A stretch of DNA of 13,143 nucleotides from Azolla caroliniana (taxonomy: Eukaryota; Plantae; Polypodiophyta). Below the pieces are notes generated by a model. That model ran no database searches. It had not been told where the DNA came from and saw nothing but the letters and a program-made list of their open reading frames with translations. The translations under genes and the position numbers were made by a program. Location: the NCBI GenBank assembly GCA_043228905.1, contig JBHGNT010000991.1:1-13143 (forward strand), in the 5' to 3' direction. This document shows positions 1 through 9,630 of this stretch, piece by piece; within the stretch, counting starts at the first letter, position 1, and the number at the start of each line of letters is the position of its first letter.

Positions 1-715
1 AAGAACGGAAGAGGATATCTCAATCTTTCTGATAGTATCTTTGGGCATTGAAAGGGACGTAGAAGGAGCGGGGCTTCAAAAGGAAGGAGAGGGATTTAAA
101 CCCTCAGTAAACAGCAGTCTACTTAGATTTTCTCGCCTAAAGCATAGTTGAATGTAGATATCATGAATAGGAGGTAGAGTGGAAGGGATACCGAGCCTAG
201 CTTTCTAGGGGGAAGGCAACATGTCATTCATTGTTTGCTCCCAGGATAGATATAGACCATATCGTAGGTTTCTTTCTCTTGACCAAACATGTAACCTGCG
301 CCCCAAAACCAATCTAGAAATCTAAGGAAGAGTTCTCCAAATAATTTGTAAAACCATTACCATTTTGATGATTGACCTCTGCCAGAATAAATTCTACACT
401 ACCTGACATTGTCATAATATCTGCTAGCTTGAGTACAGAGACAACCATAAAGAATAAACAGACACCAAGTTGTTGGATGTCTTCCAATGGCTGCAAAATT
501 ACCTCTCCTATAAAACTTCAAGAGTGAATGTACTAACTTTCAAACTAGAAGAAAAGATCCATCACCAACCAAGAAATCACAAAGTTTGGTGGACCATATT
601 AAATGGGTGTTGACAAAGGGAAACTATTTGACTTGGTTTTGCTTGCCTTACGCAGCAAGATCAGATTACATTTCCTCATTTGAAAAATGCACGAAAATCA
701 GAATCCTTCTCCTGG

Positions 716-730
716 GTGTGTGTGTGTGTG
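716..730. repeat. (GT)n microsatellite
   Basis: gtgtgtgtgtgtgtg, immediately 5' of the plus-strand LINE fragment. Confidence 0.9.
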
Positions 731-734
731 AACA

Positions 735-1381
735 GATATTAGCCCCACTATAAGGTACACTTTTTACACACATCAGATGACGGACTCCTCATCATGCCCT
801 CTTATATTTACATTGATCACATGCACTGTAAAGTGACATAAGGCAGTTGTAGTTGTCCTCAGATCAGTTAGAGATTGAGGCAGGCAGACATGCACACACT
901 TTTAGAAGAAAGAATCTGCCAATTATGTCATTATGGAATGTAATCTGAAGAGCACCATTTATGTCACAATATTGTTTTGCAGATAATAAGTGGGAGATAT
1001 CATTGCCTCATCAACCAAGCCTTAGGCCCAGTAACAAGGTGATGGAATATGTGGACCAACAGTGCTTGGGGCTGTTCTTGCTAGAACTCAAGAAACATAG
1101 GAAGAGGTTGTTGAAGGATAACAATACAGCCACACAAGTTCATCCAGAAAGATCAATCACAACTTCCTTTAGCCCCATCACTTCTACTCATGCTACAAGT
1201 CAATCAATGGTTACACGAATGGGCTCCCAATCAGGACATTGCAGAGGGGTTAGAATCAATCGGGCAATAGCAATTTAAAATAGCAGCCTCGTGGATCATG
1301 TTCTCACCACCCTTGTCATTGATAGATAAAGAACATTATCTCCCGTTATTTAGGTGCTTCCTTTGCTTCGGAGTCTCTCCA
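735..1381 (+). mobile_element. Decayed 3' fragment of a non-LTR retrotransposon (LINE, RTE/L2-like ORF2 C-terminus and 3' region), copy A
   Basis: Collinear with the reverse complement of ~5070-5700, e.g. gttagagattgaggcaggcaga vs gttagagattgaggtaggtaga, and ctttagccccatcacttctactcatgctacaagt vs ctttagtcccatcattcctagtcatgctacaagt. Encodes broken QLEIEAGR...LEERICQLCH...SEEH, a Cys/His motif typical of LINE ORF2 C-termini. Ends are approximate. Confidence 0.8.
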
Positions 1382-1558
1382 CTCCGTTAGATACCTTTTC
1401 ACGACATAAATTACAACCTATCTAACTTACGAATCTTACATTTATAGTAACAGGATTCTTTAGTCACTTAGTTACATTTATTTTGGTTTTTTGTTCTCAA
1501 AGCAAGAAAACATTTTAAGATGTAATCTCTTGTTTGGTCTTATAAGCCATTTTGGCCT

Positions 1559-1577
1559 CCCCCCCCCCCCCCCCCCC
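1559..1577. repeat. Poly-C tract (19 nt; poly-G in the PEX2 pre-mRNA)
   Basis: Uninterrupted run of C, followed by a short (CA)n. Confidence 0.9.
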
Positions 1578-1802
1578 AACGCACACACACTTTTGCCCCT
1601 TCTCTCCAATTCTGGTTAATGCTTTCGGAATTCATACTTAGATTGAAGGAGGATATTCAAGCTTATAAATGCCCTCTTACATTGAACCTTATAAAAATCA
1701 GTGTGACTATTTATCATGCGTCTTATAAGAATATCTACCAATATAACCCCCAGCCCTAAATATAAGAATATCCTGCCCAATGTATGGGCCAAAATACAGT
1801 AC

Positions 1803-1939
1803 CTGGCCACTGTCACCCCATCTTCGAAATGCGGATACCATCTGCAATCGAGCCCAGCCATAACGACCAACTATGAAGGCTAAACAATAGCCAATCTTCT
1901 GATGTTTTGTCAAACCTGGACCCTCAAGGCCAGTTCGAA
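1803..1939 (-). CDS. PEX2: Peroxisome biogenesis protein 2, internal exon (last PEX2 exon found in the window; gene continues beyond position 1)
   Basis: Acceptor tacag|TT, donor CAG|gtactg. Encodes (V)RTGLEGPGLTKHQKIGYCLAFIVGRYGWARLQMVSAFRRWGDSGQ, matching plant PEX2 VRTGLEGPGLT..QK..YC...AFRRWGDS.Q. Phase is compatible with the preceding exon. Confidence 0.93.
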
Positions 1940-2128
1940 CTGTATTTTGGAAAGAAAATCATTAGATACACAAATGATCTCTCTGACTCTCTCTAGTTTT
2001 AAAAGAAAATAAGACATCATATTAGTTTTACAAAATAATTCTGTATCTTCAATAATAGTGACATTTCTGCTCATTTATCCTAGTAATTGATTTCATTTAA
2101 TATGCTAGCATGTCTGAAGAATATAGAC

Positions 2129-2291
2129 CTTTCCCAAGCGTAACCAGAGAAAGGAAAGCTCGTTCATCTCTGTATCTAAGGTTCATAAGAGCAATCCCAG
2201 GAGTTGGCTTGTCCACCCAAATTGAAAATCTCCAGATAAGAAATTCAAGGCAGGCATCCAGCTCATGCTCATAGCGAGACAGAAATCCTGG
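2129..2291 (-). CDS. PEX2: PEX2 internal exon
   Basis: Acceptor tgcag|CCA, donor AAAG|gtctat. Encodes PGFLSRYEHELDACLEFLIWRFSIWVDKPTPGIALMNLRYRDERAFLSLVTLGK, the conserved plant PEX2 block (ELDA.LEFLIWRFSIWVDKPTPG.ALMNLRYRDER). Confidence 0.95.
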
Positions 2292-2763
2292 CTGCACATG
2301 GGAATTCCAAAACATTATAAGCATTCAAACAGCCAAACACCTATTGCACTGCCTTCTTATTTGCCTATGCCCTATGTATCATTAAATTAAGAAATTTCAG
2401 TTAGTATATGAAATAAGAGGTTGGATTAGTAATAAAGATCACTATGTAGAGAGTTTGGAAACATATTTCTCCTATACTTTTTAGAAGTAACATTTGGAAA
2501 ACAAGCCAAATTGAAATAAAATATGTCATCCATTCACCTAGTCTTACAACTAAGAAAGAGTCACCTTTATAAAAGAATCATTACTTCTTGGAAAACATAA
2601 GCAACATATCCTGAAATTCATACTTTAAAACCATTTTCAAAACTTCAGAGTGGGACTTAAAACAATAAGAGTGATAATACCAATAGCTTATATCAAGTTG
2701 TCATAAAATGATAATGTTGGTGCAAGATATTATTCTAACAATTTGCTCTTAGCAGTAGCATAC

Positions 2764-2880
2764 CTGCATGAAAGAAAATACTCTAGTGAGCTGCTCTTTA
2801 AGCATGGCTGTCATCTCTACATCTAATTTGGCAGCATCCAACTGACTCACCCTTGATATGGGGATCCATGGTATCACTCG
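2764..2880 (-). CDS. PEX2: PEX2 internal exon (absent from the ORF track)
   Basis: Acceptor cacag|CGA, donor CAG|gtatgc; 117 nt, phase 0/0. Encodes RVIPWIPISRVSQLDAAKLDVEMTAMLKEQLTRVFSFMQ, matching plant PEX2 ISRVNQFDAARLDVEMSAMLKEQL. Confidence 0.93.
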
Positions 2881-2953
2881 CTGTGAATGCACAACATTCA
2901 GCCATTTCTATAACATATCAAAGATGAAGATATTATGCTAAACACAATCATAC

Positions 2954-3017
2954 TTGAGGTAGATTTGCCTCCATCATTGATCTCCGTAAGTAATGAAAAC
3001 CCTCATGTATTATTAGC
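2954..3017 (-). CDS. PEX2: Probable PEX2 exon 2; wholly coding, or coding from the ATG at 2977
   Basis: Acceptor ttttttatccag|G, donor CAA|gtatga, 73-nt intron to the next exon. Open in frame as LIIHEGFHYLRRSMMEANLPQ with tandem ATGs at 2977 and 2974. The peptide is poorly conserved, so support comes from splice signals and phase. Confidence 0.6.
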
Positions 3018-3419
3018 CTGGATAAAAAAGAATGCACAATTTTAAAATTTGTTTATGCAGCACCGAATAACAAGGTGAAACAAAGCTTCAAGTGAGCGTC
3101 CAAAAATCAACTTTACACTTTGGTATTTGAAGGTCTAAATAATTTTATTAAAAGTTTTCATAACTTTCAATATTTGTTACAAAATCATTTCAAAAAATTT
3201 AGACACTACACATGCCTGCCCTAAGACTTAGAAAAAATTAGATATTAATATAGAAAATAAGTCATTAGATGGGGAAGAGAGAGAGCAAATCAATGTAAGA
3301 TGGGAAACAAGGAGAGATAAAGATGGAATTGTTACATGGATATCTAAAAACACAAAAAGTTTAGGGTTTAGGGTTTTCCCAATATTGACAGAGCTAAGGC
3401 TATTTGAGGCTTTGTTACA

Positions 3420-3602
3420 TGTTGATATATTGTGATAGTGATGTATGAACATGCTTAGGATAGCTAGGGCTTATTATCTCATTTAGAGTTTTTTACTCTA
3501 GTCCAAAAGTATAACTCTTCATGTTGAGGCACTAATGTGCTATTTGAAATATATTTTCTCCTATTATCTGCTGCCGATGTACTTCAGCAATGGAATCCAG
3601 CA
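3420..3602 (+). repeat. 5' LTR
   Basis: TG...CA termini. Shares gctagggctt, ccaaaagtataac and aggcactaatgtgct with 4217-4441. Confidence 0.8.
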
Positions 3603-3604
3603 GT

Positions 3605-3615
3605 TGGTATTAGAG
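3605..3615 (+). promoter_or_regulatory. Primer-binding site for initiator tRNA-Met
   Basis: TGGTATTAGAG, one mismatch from the canonical plant PBS TGGTATCAGAG, 2 nt after the LTR terminal CA. Confidence 0.8.
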
Positions 3616-3837
3616 TAGGTCACCGTCTTCTTTAGGTTAAGGGTTTAAAGTACACAGCATTCTGTGTCCACCTCAGAACAGTACAACCAGGTTCAAATCA
3701 GTGAACCAAGCTGCAATAAACTCTACCATTGAGCTACACGTCTCATTGTCTGCTATGTGCATATTAGCATACTTTCTGACAGTCTCTTGAACTACAATAT
3801 TCTTACATCAGGTTATTTGATCACTTGGTGACTTGCA

Positions 3838-4090
3838 ATGGAAAAATGTATTCAAGATGCTGGCCCTTGAGGAAAAATTAGCTGGATCCAACCACCCATT
3901 GTGGACTTCTATGATGAGGCATATATTGGTGACGAATGGCTTATGGAACATTGTGTAGGGCGTCGAAATGTGTCCAACACCTGCAAATATAATGATACAA
4001 AGTGATGTGGATGATGTTGAAGATGATTTTCACTTTCCTGGTCTTGTTGCAATACCTATTGCACATACTGCAGAGCAGATTGGCTGGGAT
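3838..4090 (+). pseudogene. Copia gag N-terminal remnant
   Basis: FKMLALEEKLAGSNHPLWTSMMRHILVTNGLWNIV*GVE...TAEQIGWD fits the copia gag pattern KL.G.NY..W...M...L...GLW.IV.G. In-frame TAG at 3956 and a frameshift just after the ATG at 3838. Confidence 0.8.
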
Positions 4091-4206
4091 AGTTTGAAGC
4101 TTTTCCGAAAGCTTTGGCTTACTACCTTTGGTGGATTGATTTCATTCCACATAGCTTGGCAATTCCTATGTATCAATGCCAGCTCCATGTTCATCACATC
4201 CCTCTT

Positions 4207-4214
4207 AGGGGGGA
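4207..4214 (+). other. Polypurine tract
   Basis: AGGGGGGA, 2 nt before the TG that starts the 3' LTR. Confidence 0.75.
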
Positions 4215-4216
4215 TT

Positions 4217-4441
4217 TGTTGATATGTTGTGCTAGTGATGTGTGAACACACTTAAAATTAAGTACGTGTTACATTTAGGATGGCTAGGGCTTTTTTACAT
4301 CTATAAAAGTTTTTGCCCTAGCCCAAAAGTATAACCCTTATGGTTAAGGCACTAATGTGCTCTTCCTTTTTTAAATATATTCTCTCCTATTTTCAGCAAT
4401 TTTCTGTTGCCTGTCTGCTTCTTCAGTGACATAATCCAAAA
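4217..4441 (+). repeat. 3' LTR
   Basis: Diverged direct repeat of 3420-3602 with small insertions; ends aatccaaaa versus aatccagca in the 5' copy. Confidence 0.78.
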
Positions 4442-5069
4442 GTAACAAAAGATGCTTTAGGATAACATTTTAATGTATGATTAGAGAGAAAATTGATTTA
4501 CCTATCGAGGGCATGCACTCTACATATTAAGTTCTTCTGAAGATGAAATCATATGATACGTTGATGAAGAACACGTGCTAAACTTTGAAAGAAGACATAA
4601 ATGCTACACAAAGAGGACTTGAGATTTTGTTTCAGTATCTCCAAAGAAGGTCAGCAAAAGTCATTATTTACACTTAAGTCTCTTAAGACTTCCTAGTAAA
4701 TTGATAATATTCCGAAACAGAATGATTTTGTGGTCAATTTTGAATATCTATAATGGTATAGTGACAATTTTCTATGAACAAAACTTGCATCATTGTTCAG
4801 TTGGCAACTCACACTACCAATTGTTCGAGTTTACATGCATCTAGTAAAAAGGAAAGAGAGAAATGTATATTAATGTCTTTTAAGAGGCCAAACACAAGAT
4901 TACATCTTAAAATATTGTCTCATCTTTGCGAACAACAGACCAAAATAGATGTAGTAAAATAAAAACAAAAGTGACCAAAGAATCCTATTATCTATACATG
5001 CAAAATTTTCAAGTAAGATAGATTGAAATTTCTATTTTTGAAAGATCTTCAACATGGGTCGATCCAAAA

Positions 5070-6935
5070 TGGAGAGATCTCCAAAGCAAGGGAAGCCCCT
5101 GCAATGGCAAGAGATAATGGCCTTTATCTGAGGATAGCAACGGTGCCAAGATTGTGATCCACAAGACCGGGGTCTACATGCACAAGAAATTGTTATTTGT
5201 CAATCTATCATGACCCTTTCGCAATGTTTCGTTGGGAGCCCACTTGGGTAGCCTTTGATCCACTTGTAGCATGACTAGGAATGATGGGACTAAAGAAAGT
5301 CATGATTGTTCTTTGTTGATGGCCTTGTGTGGTTGCATAATTGTCCTTCAACAACTTCTCTCTATTGCAAGAACAGTCCTACAACTGGTCCTCATATTCC
5401 ATTATCCAGAATGGTGGGTCAAAGCCTTTTGTTAAAGAGGCAAACATATTCCTCTTCAGATTCTATTACCTGATGACACACTTAGCAAATTCTTTCTTCC
5501 AAACGCATGCATAAATATCTACCTACCTCAATCTCTAACAGATGTAAAGAGGTCCGCAACTGCCCCATCACACTTTGCAGTGCATGCAACAAATGTATAT
5601 CCATATAAGAGGACCTGATGATGAATCAATCTTCCTGTGTTTGTAAAACATGTGCCTTACAATATGCCATCTTCCTACCAAGAGATGTTGTGGGGCTGAT
5701 CCATGTTCTTCCATTATCCAATTTGATACTATCAATTTGGATCACTCTTTTCTTTTCCACTTTGGTCATGTTCAAATGGGACACTCCAATCTATGTTGGA
5801 ACAGGGGTATACATTTATGGTTATGCCATGTGACTCAAACCATTGTTGCATTTCCGCAAATAAACAATGATCATCTCCATGTTTAGCAAGTTGTTTTAAT
5901 GGAATAAGTGCCAAACTTGATTACATTCATTAGGGAGCTCCCAAAGTCGTTCAACATTGGTCATTGATCGGAATAATGCCTCGATGATTATTGGGGTTGA
6001 TCCCATATGTGAATTATACATCATGGCAACCAATACTTTGCTCCTTATGGTGCAAACAATCAAGACTAAATGTCTCTCCAAATCTCTCCAATTATTTACC
6101 TTGTGAAGACTGCGTTCCCAGGTTTCTACACCATAGAGAAGAGTCAATGTCACAAGTTTATCAAATAGAAATAATTTAGCTCATGGCTGGTGGAGCTGTC
6201 TATCTGCAGATTCAAATGCACAAGGGCTGAAAATCCACAAAAATGTCAAGCACAAACAGCCTCCCGTAAGGACAGCCGAGGTCCTGAAAATTTTACTCCT
6301 AGGTATGTGTACAATTGTGTGTATGCCTCTTACTTTCCCAAGAATTCTGGTACTGATCTCGTTATTCATGATTGAGTGGTATTAAACACCATCACTTTAG
6401 CTTTATCGAGGTTTACCAGCGAACATTTATACATACAGATTTATTTTAAAGCATTTTGATGTCTTTGTAGCCCTTCTTGAGAGTAGGAGATCAAAACAAT
6501 GTCATCAGCATCTAGTAAATATATTTATAGTTATACCTACTAAGCATGCTCTTAAACTGCCGAATCTCTATGTGATGTGATACCTCATCTATACTGGGCC
6601 TGAAGAGAGTGGGTAATAGTGGGAACCCTTGTTTCACTCCAATTGTGCTAGCCACGACCTCCAACAACCCATTAGGAGGTTGCACTTTTCCTAACATAGA
6701 TTCTAACTCTAGTATCAACCCATATAGATTAGCCAACTAGTGGTCAATCATGGTTGTCCTATAATTTCCCGGCATCAAGTTTCAGCTCTTGAAGGTTGGC
6801 ATAATGACATATTTTTTCCAGCTATTAGGGAAACCTTTACACATAGCTCTATTAAAGATGTGTGCTAGCAACGGGAGCAATGTCTCACAGGCAAAGCTAA
6901 AGTGATCACATATCAAACCATCATGATTTTGGACC
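5070..6935 (-). mobile_element. 5'-truncated, decayed LINE (RTE/L2-like reverse transcriptase ORF2), copy B, sense to PEX2 within intron 1
   Basis: Ordered RT motifs broken by stops and frameshifts: HDGL...LLPLLAHIFNRAMCKGFPNSW, PGNYRTTMI, LANLYG, STIGVKQGFPLLPTLF (cf. GVKQGCPLSP.LF), LLDADDIVLIS (cf. YADD), VNLDKAKVMVF, YTYLGVKF, LLYGVETW, LEIEVGRY...EERIC. Ends are approximate. Confidence 0.9.
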
Positions 6936-7108
6936 TTTTAGATTCGTAACAGAACAATGGTGTTCAAAAGAAGAAGGAAAAAAGAAAAAGAAAAATATGG
7001 GAAAGAAGTTAAGAGATACTGACTTCTTCTTCCTCGAAGAAACAGGACTGCGATATGTCGTAGCGCTATCAGAACCTCTGATTGAAGAAATAGTTAACGC
7101 GGGATCAC

Positions 7109-7167
7109 CAACACGATGACGCAGAAGAAGAAGAAGAAGAAGAACCACAGGGAGCAGATTTCGCCAT
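7109..7167 (-). CDS. PEX2: Candidate first coding exon of PEX2 (alternatively a 20-aa uORF, 7167-7105, in a 5'UTR exon)
   Basis: gctATGG starts MAKSAPCGSSSSSSSASSC. A donor at TG|gtgatc (phase 2) joins the 3017 exon in frame to give ...SSC-W-LIIHE. The region is rich in CG dinucleotides, unlike the surrounding CG-poor DNA, as expected at a gene 5' end. The donor is weak. Confidence 0.45.
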
Positions 7168-7285
7168 AGCCGATCGACACAGAGATGGGGTGAGAGAAGC
7201 TGCAAAGCAAAGCGATCGTTGTTTTCTGCCTTTTTTTCTTTCTGTTCATATACTTTTGCGAAATTACAAAAATGCCCCCCTGCCA

Positions 7286-7293
7286 CTTTTATA
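7286..7293 (-). promoter_or_regulatory. Candidate TATA box for PEX2
   Basis: TATAAAAG on the minus strand, ~120 nt upstream of the ATG at 7167. Motif match only. Confidence 0.3.
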
Positions 7294-7504
7294 CGGAATT
7301 CTCCAATTATACCCTTTTCCTCTTAAATCTCCCAACTAACCCCTCGCCTTTCCTTCTATAAATTCTCTAAAAGCTTCGACACCATCCTATCCTCTCCATG
7401 TCTTTTTCTTCATTGTTCTCGAGTTTCTCCGTGGGACTGACGACATTGAGGGCTTTAAAAACAAGAATGAATCCCGTGGACGCCTGACTAACAATCGGCA
7501 CCAA

Positions 7505-7625
7505 TTCGGTTCGGTTCGAGAGTGTCAAAACCGAACCGCGAAACCGTTAAAAAACTAAATTGTTACAAAAAAATCCAAACTGTTAAATCGTTAAAATTGT
7601 GGTTTTGTGGTTCGGTTTTGGTTTT
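7505..7625. repeat. AACCG/CGGTT-rich inverted repeat cluster, probably a hAT-type subterminal remnant
   Basis: ttcggttcggttcg, then aaaaccgaaccgcgaaaccg (7527-7546), which is an inverted repeat of tggttttgtggttcggtttt (7600-7619) at 17/20. No TIR pair or TSD was found. Confidence 0.5.
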
Positions 7626-8143
7626 CAAGTTACGTCAAAATTCAATCCAAAATTTCAACAAGTTTTTAGATTTAGGAACTACCATTTTAATGTTTTCTTG
7701 CTTATAGTAATGAAATTCATCCACGGTCAACAAATACCTTACACTCTACAATAGTGTCGCATGTGAACGTCGAAATATTCTCTATATGAATGTTGCATGC
7801 AACAAGCTTCTCGTTATCAGAATGAACCCACTCCTATGACAAGGGATGGGTCTTTAGATTTTGCGTTATCTCTTTAAGCAAACTTATAGCAGTTTGATTA
7901 ACACCATCCATTGTGGCTTAAAAAGGCAACCCAACTACACATCATTTGCTTGTATTCAATTGTTCAATAGTCGATGCGTTGGTTCCATTATAAACTTGAC
8001 AACCATGTGATGACACTCATCTTTGTAAACTAAGAACAACCCCACAACAAAGTACCAACATGTTTTTCTTGCATAAATCACTAACATGGATGTTTGGAAT
8101 TTAATGAGGAAACATTGGCAAGCACGAAAGTAAATTAAACAAA

Positions 8144-8456
8144 GGGAAAAGTACCCAGATACCCCTAGAAGTTCATCTATTTACTAGAATGCCCCTGGAA
8201 GTTCCAAATTTACCAAACTACCCCTATGTCCAAAAAATTACACTTTATAACGTAATTATACACTCAAATCTACAAGCCCTATTTACCAACGATGGAGGAA
8301 ATGGACCTGAACTAGCCCTATTTACCAAAGATTTGAGTGTATAATTACTTTATAAAGTGTAATTTTTTGGACATAGGGGTAGTTTGGTAAATTTGGAACT
8401 TCCAGGGGCATTTTGGTAAATAGACGAACTTCCAAGGGTATCCTAGTACTTTTCCC
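8144..8456. mobile_element. Mutator-like (MULE) MITE / foldback element, 313 bp
   Basis: 128-bp TIRs at 8144-8271 and 8329-8456, with 9 mismatches by manual count, starting GGGAAAAGTAC. Perfect 9-bp TSD TTAAACAAA at 8135-8143 and 8457-8465. 57-bp spacer. Confidence 0.95.
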
Positions 8457-9555
8457 TTAAACAAATCATGCCAAAGCTTTTCAGCTCATTCAATAACCCA
8501 TTAAAAATTTAACAAGGTTTTCACTTAACATTCATTTGTCAATAGGTTTGCACCCTCATATTGTGCATTTTTTAGCACCATATATGTGCCACAATTTATT
8601 GAATAATACTCACATTTGCTCCATGAAATATAACATTATGTTGCCATTATCATCCAACTGACCTCCCTATGGGTTAATCAAATTTTCATGATCCATACAT
8701 TTCTCATAGTATTTAACATTTGCTTGATCACAGTCAAGCATCATCTTATAGAAAATGGATTGCTAAAGAACATTCCAACATGACCCACATTTTTCTCATG
8801 AAATTCAACATAATGTTCTCACTATAATCTTGAACTTATTATTAGAGAATCCACATTACTATTGCCTCTAGTAACAACCAATGTCGTGAGCACTCCTAGA
8901 GTGGAGAGCAATCACAATGGACGCAATTTTCAAACTAACCCTTCCAAAACTGCATTTTCTAGCATAAAATAGAATGATGTGCATAAAAACATTGTTCATT
9001 GTGCTATCGTTTCATTTTACAAGTTCTCGATGAGGGAAAGAAGGCACTTTTTGGTTACGTATCAAAGTCAAATTCAAACAATGGATCTTAATGTTGGATA
9101 ATATTGCAACATTTCACCATGTGTAGATGGGCATGGACAGATTAATTGATTGATTTATTCTATGGTCCAATAAACCCTTATATGCATATTTAACTAGGCT
9201 CTCAACACTTTATTTCCATCTATGTGTCTTTATGTGAACCTTGATGCCTTTGAATGACATCCTATTCAGCAAGCTCTCCCATAGTGGTGAACGTCTATGA
9301 TGGAAGTAATGATCGATAAAGAAATAGAACAGTGCAGCATATAGTGATGTGGATAAAAAGACATAATGGACCATGCTAAGTTTTCATCGTAGACTATGTC
9401 AAGCGAGGTAAATAACTCACACATTGATCACGTATCAAAGACGAGCTAAATCAAACATGGGCATCATTGTTGGATAGTAATATTGCAGCAAATGTATACA
9501 TGCGGATGGATGAATTGATGGATCCATCTCCTTGTGTATGGTCCAACATAACACA

Positions 9556-9559
<4 letters not shown>

Positions 9560-9608
<49 letters not shown>

Positions 9609-9617
9609 CACACACAC
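9560..9617. repeat. Compound (CT)n(CA)n microsatellite
   Basis: About 23 CT units with one interruption, followed by about 5 CA units. Confidence 0.95.
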
Positions 9618-9630
9618 CGTCGTCCCGACA

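Larger units (their letters stand above)
3420..4441 (+). mobile_element. Internally deleted (~1.02 kb) Ty1/copia LTR retrotransposon, antisense within PEX2 intron 1
   Basis: Direct repeats 3420-3602 and 4217-4441 both start TGTTGATAT and the 5' copy ends in CA. PBS at 3605, gag remnant at 3838-4090, PPT at 4207. Flanks gttaca (3414-3419) and gtaaca (4442-4447) may be a decayed TSD. Confidence 0.85.

Noticed and set aside
1-540. Next PEX2 exon, or an L1 ORF1 remnant (ORF 314-496, acceptor-like ttttgcag at ~491)
   Set aside because: No frame I read matches the expected next PEX2 block (W...QR.EG.YK.ASF.NL..FL..G). Resemblance to a retroelement ORF1 is too weak to call without a search.
961-1278. 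105-aa plus-strand ORF as an independent nested gene
   Set aside because: It lies wholly within LINE copy A and is homologous to copy B.
1616-1870. 84-aa minus-strand ORF overlapping a PEX2 exon
   Set aside because: Alternative frame running into the intron, with no recognisable homology.
3360-3376. TTTAGGGTTTAGGGTTT telomere-like/telo-box motif
   Set aside because: Only about 2.4 units, deep in an intron; such short matches are common in plant DNA.
6921-7286. 121-aa minus-strand ORF as PEX2 exon 1
   Set aside because: It starts at GTG, has no in-frame ATG, and its poly-Leu and poly-Phe come from simple repeats.
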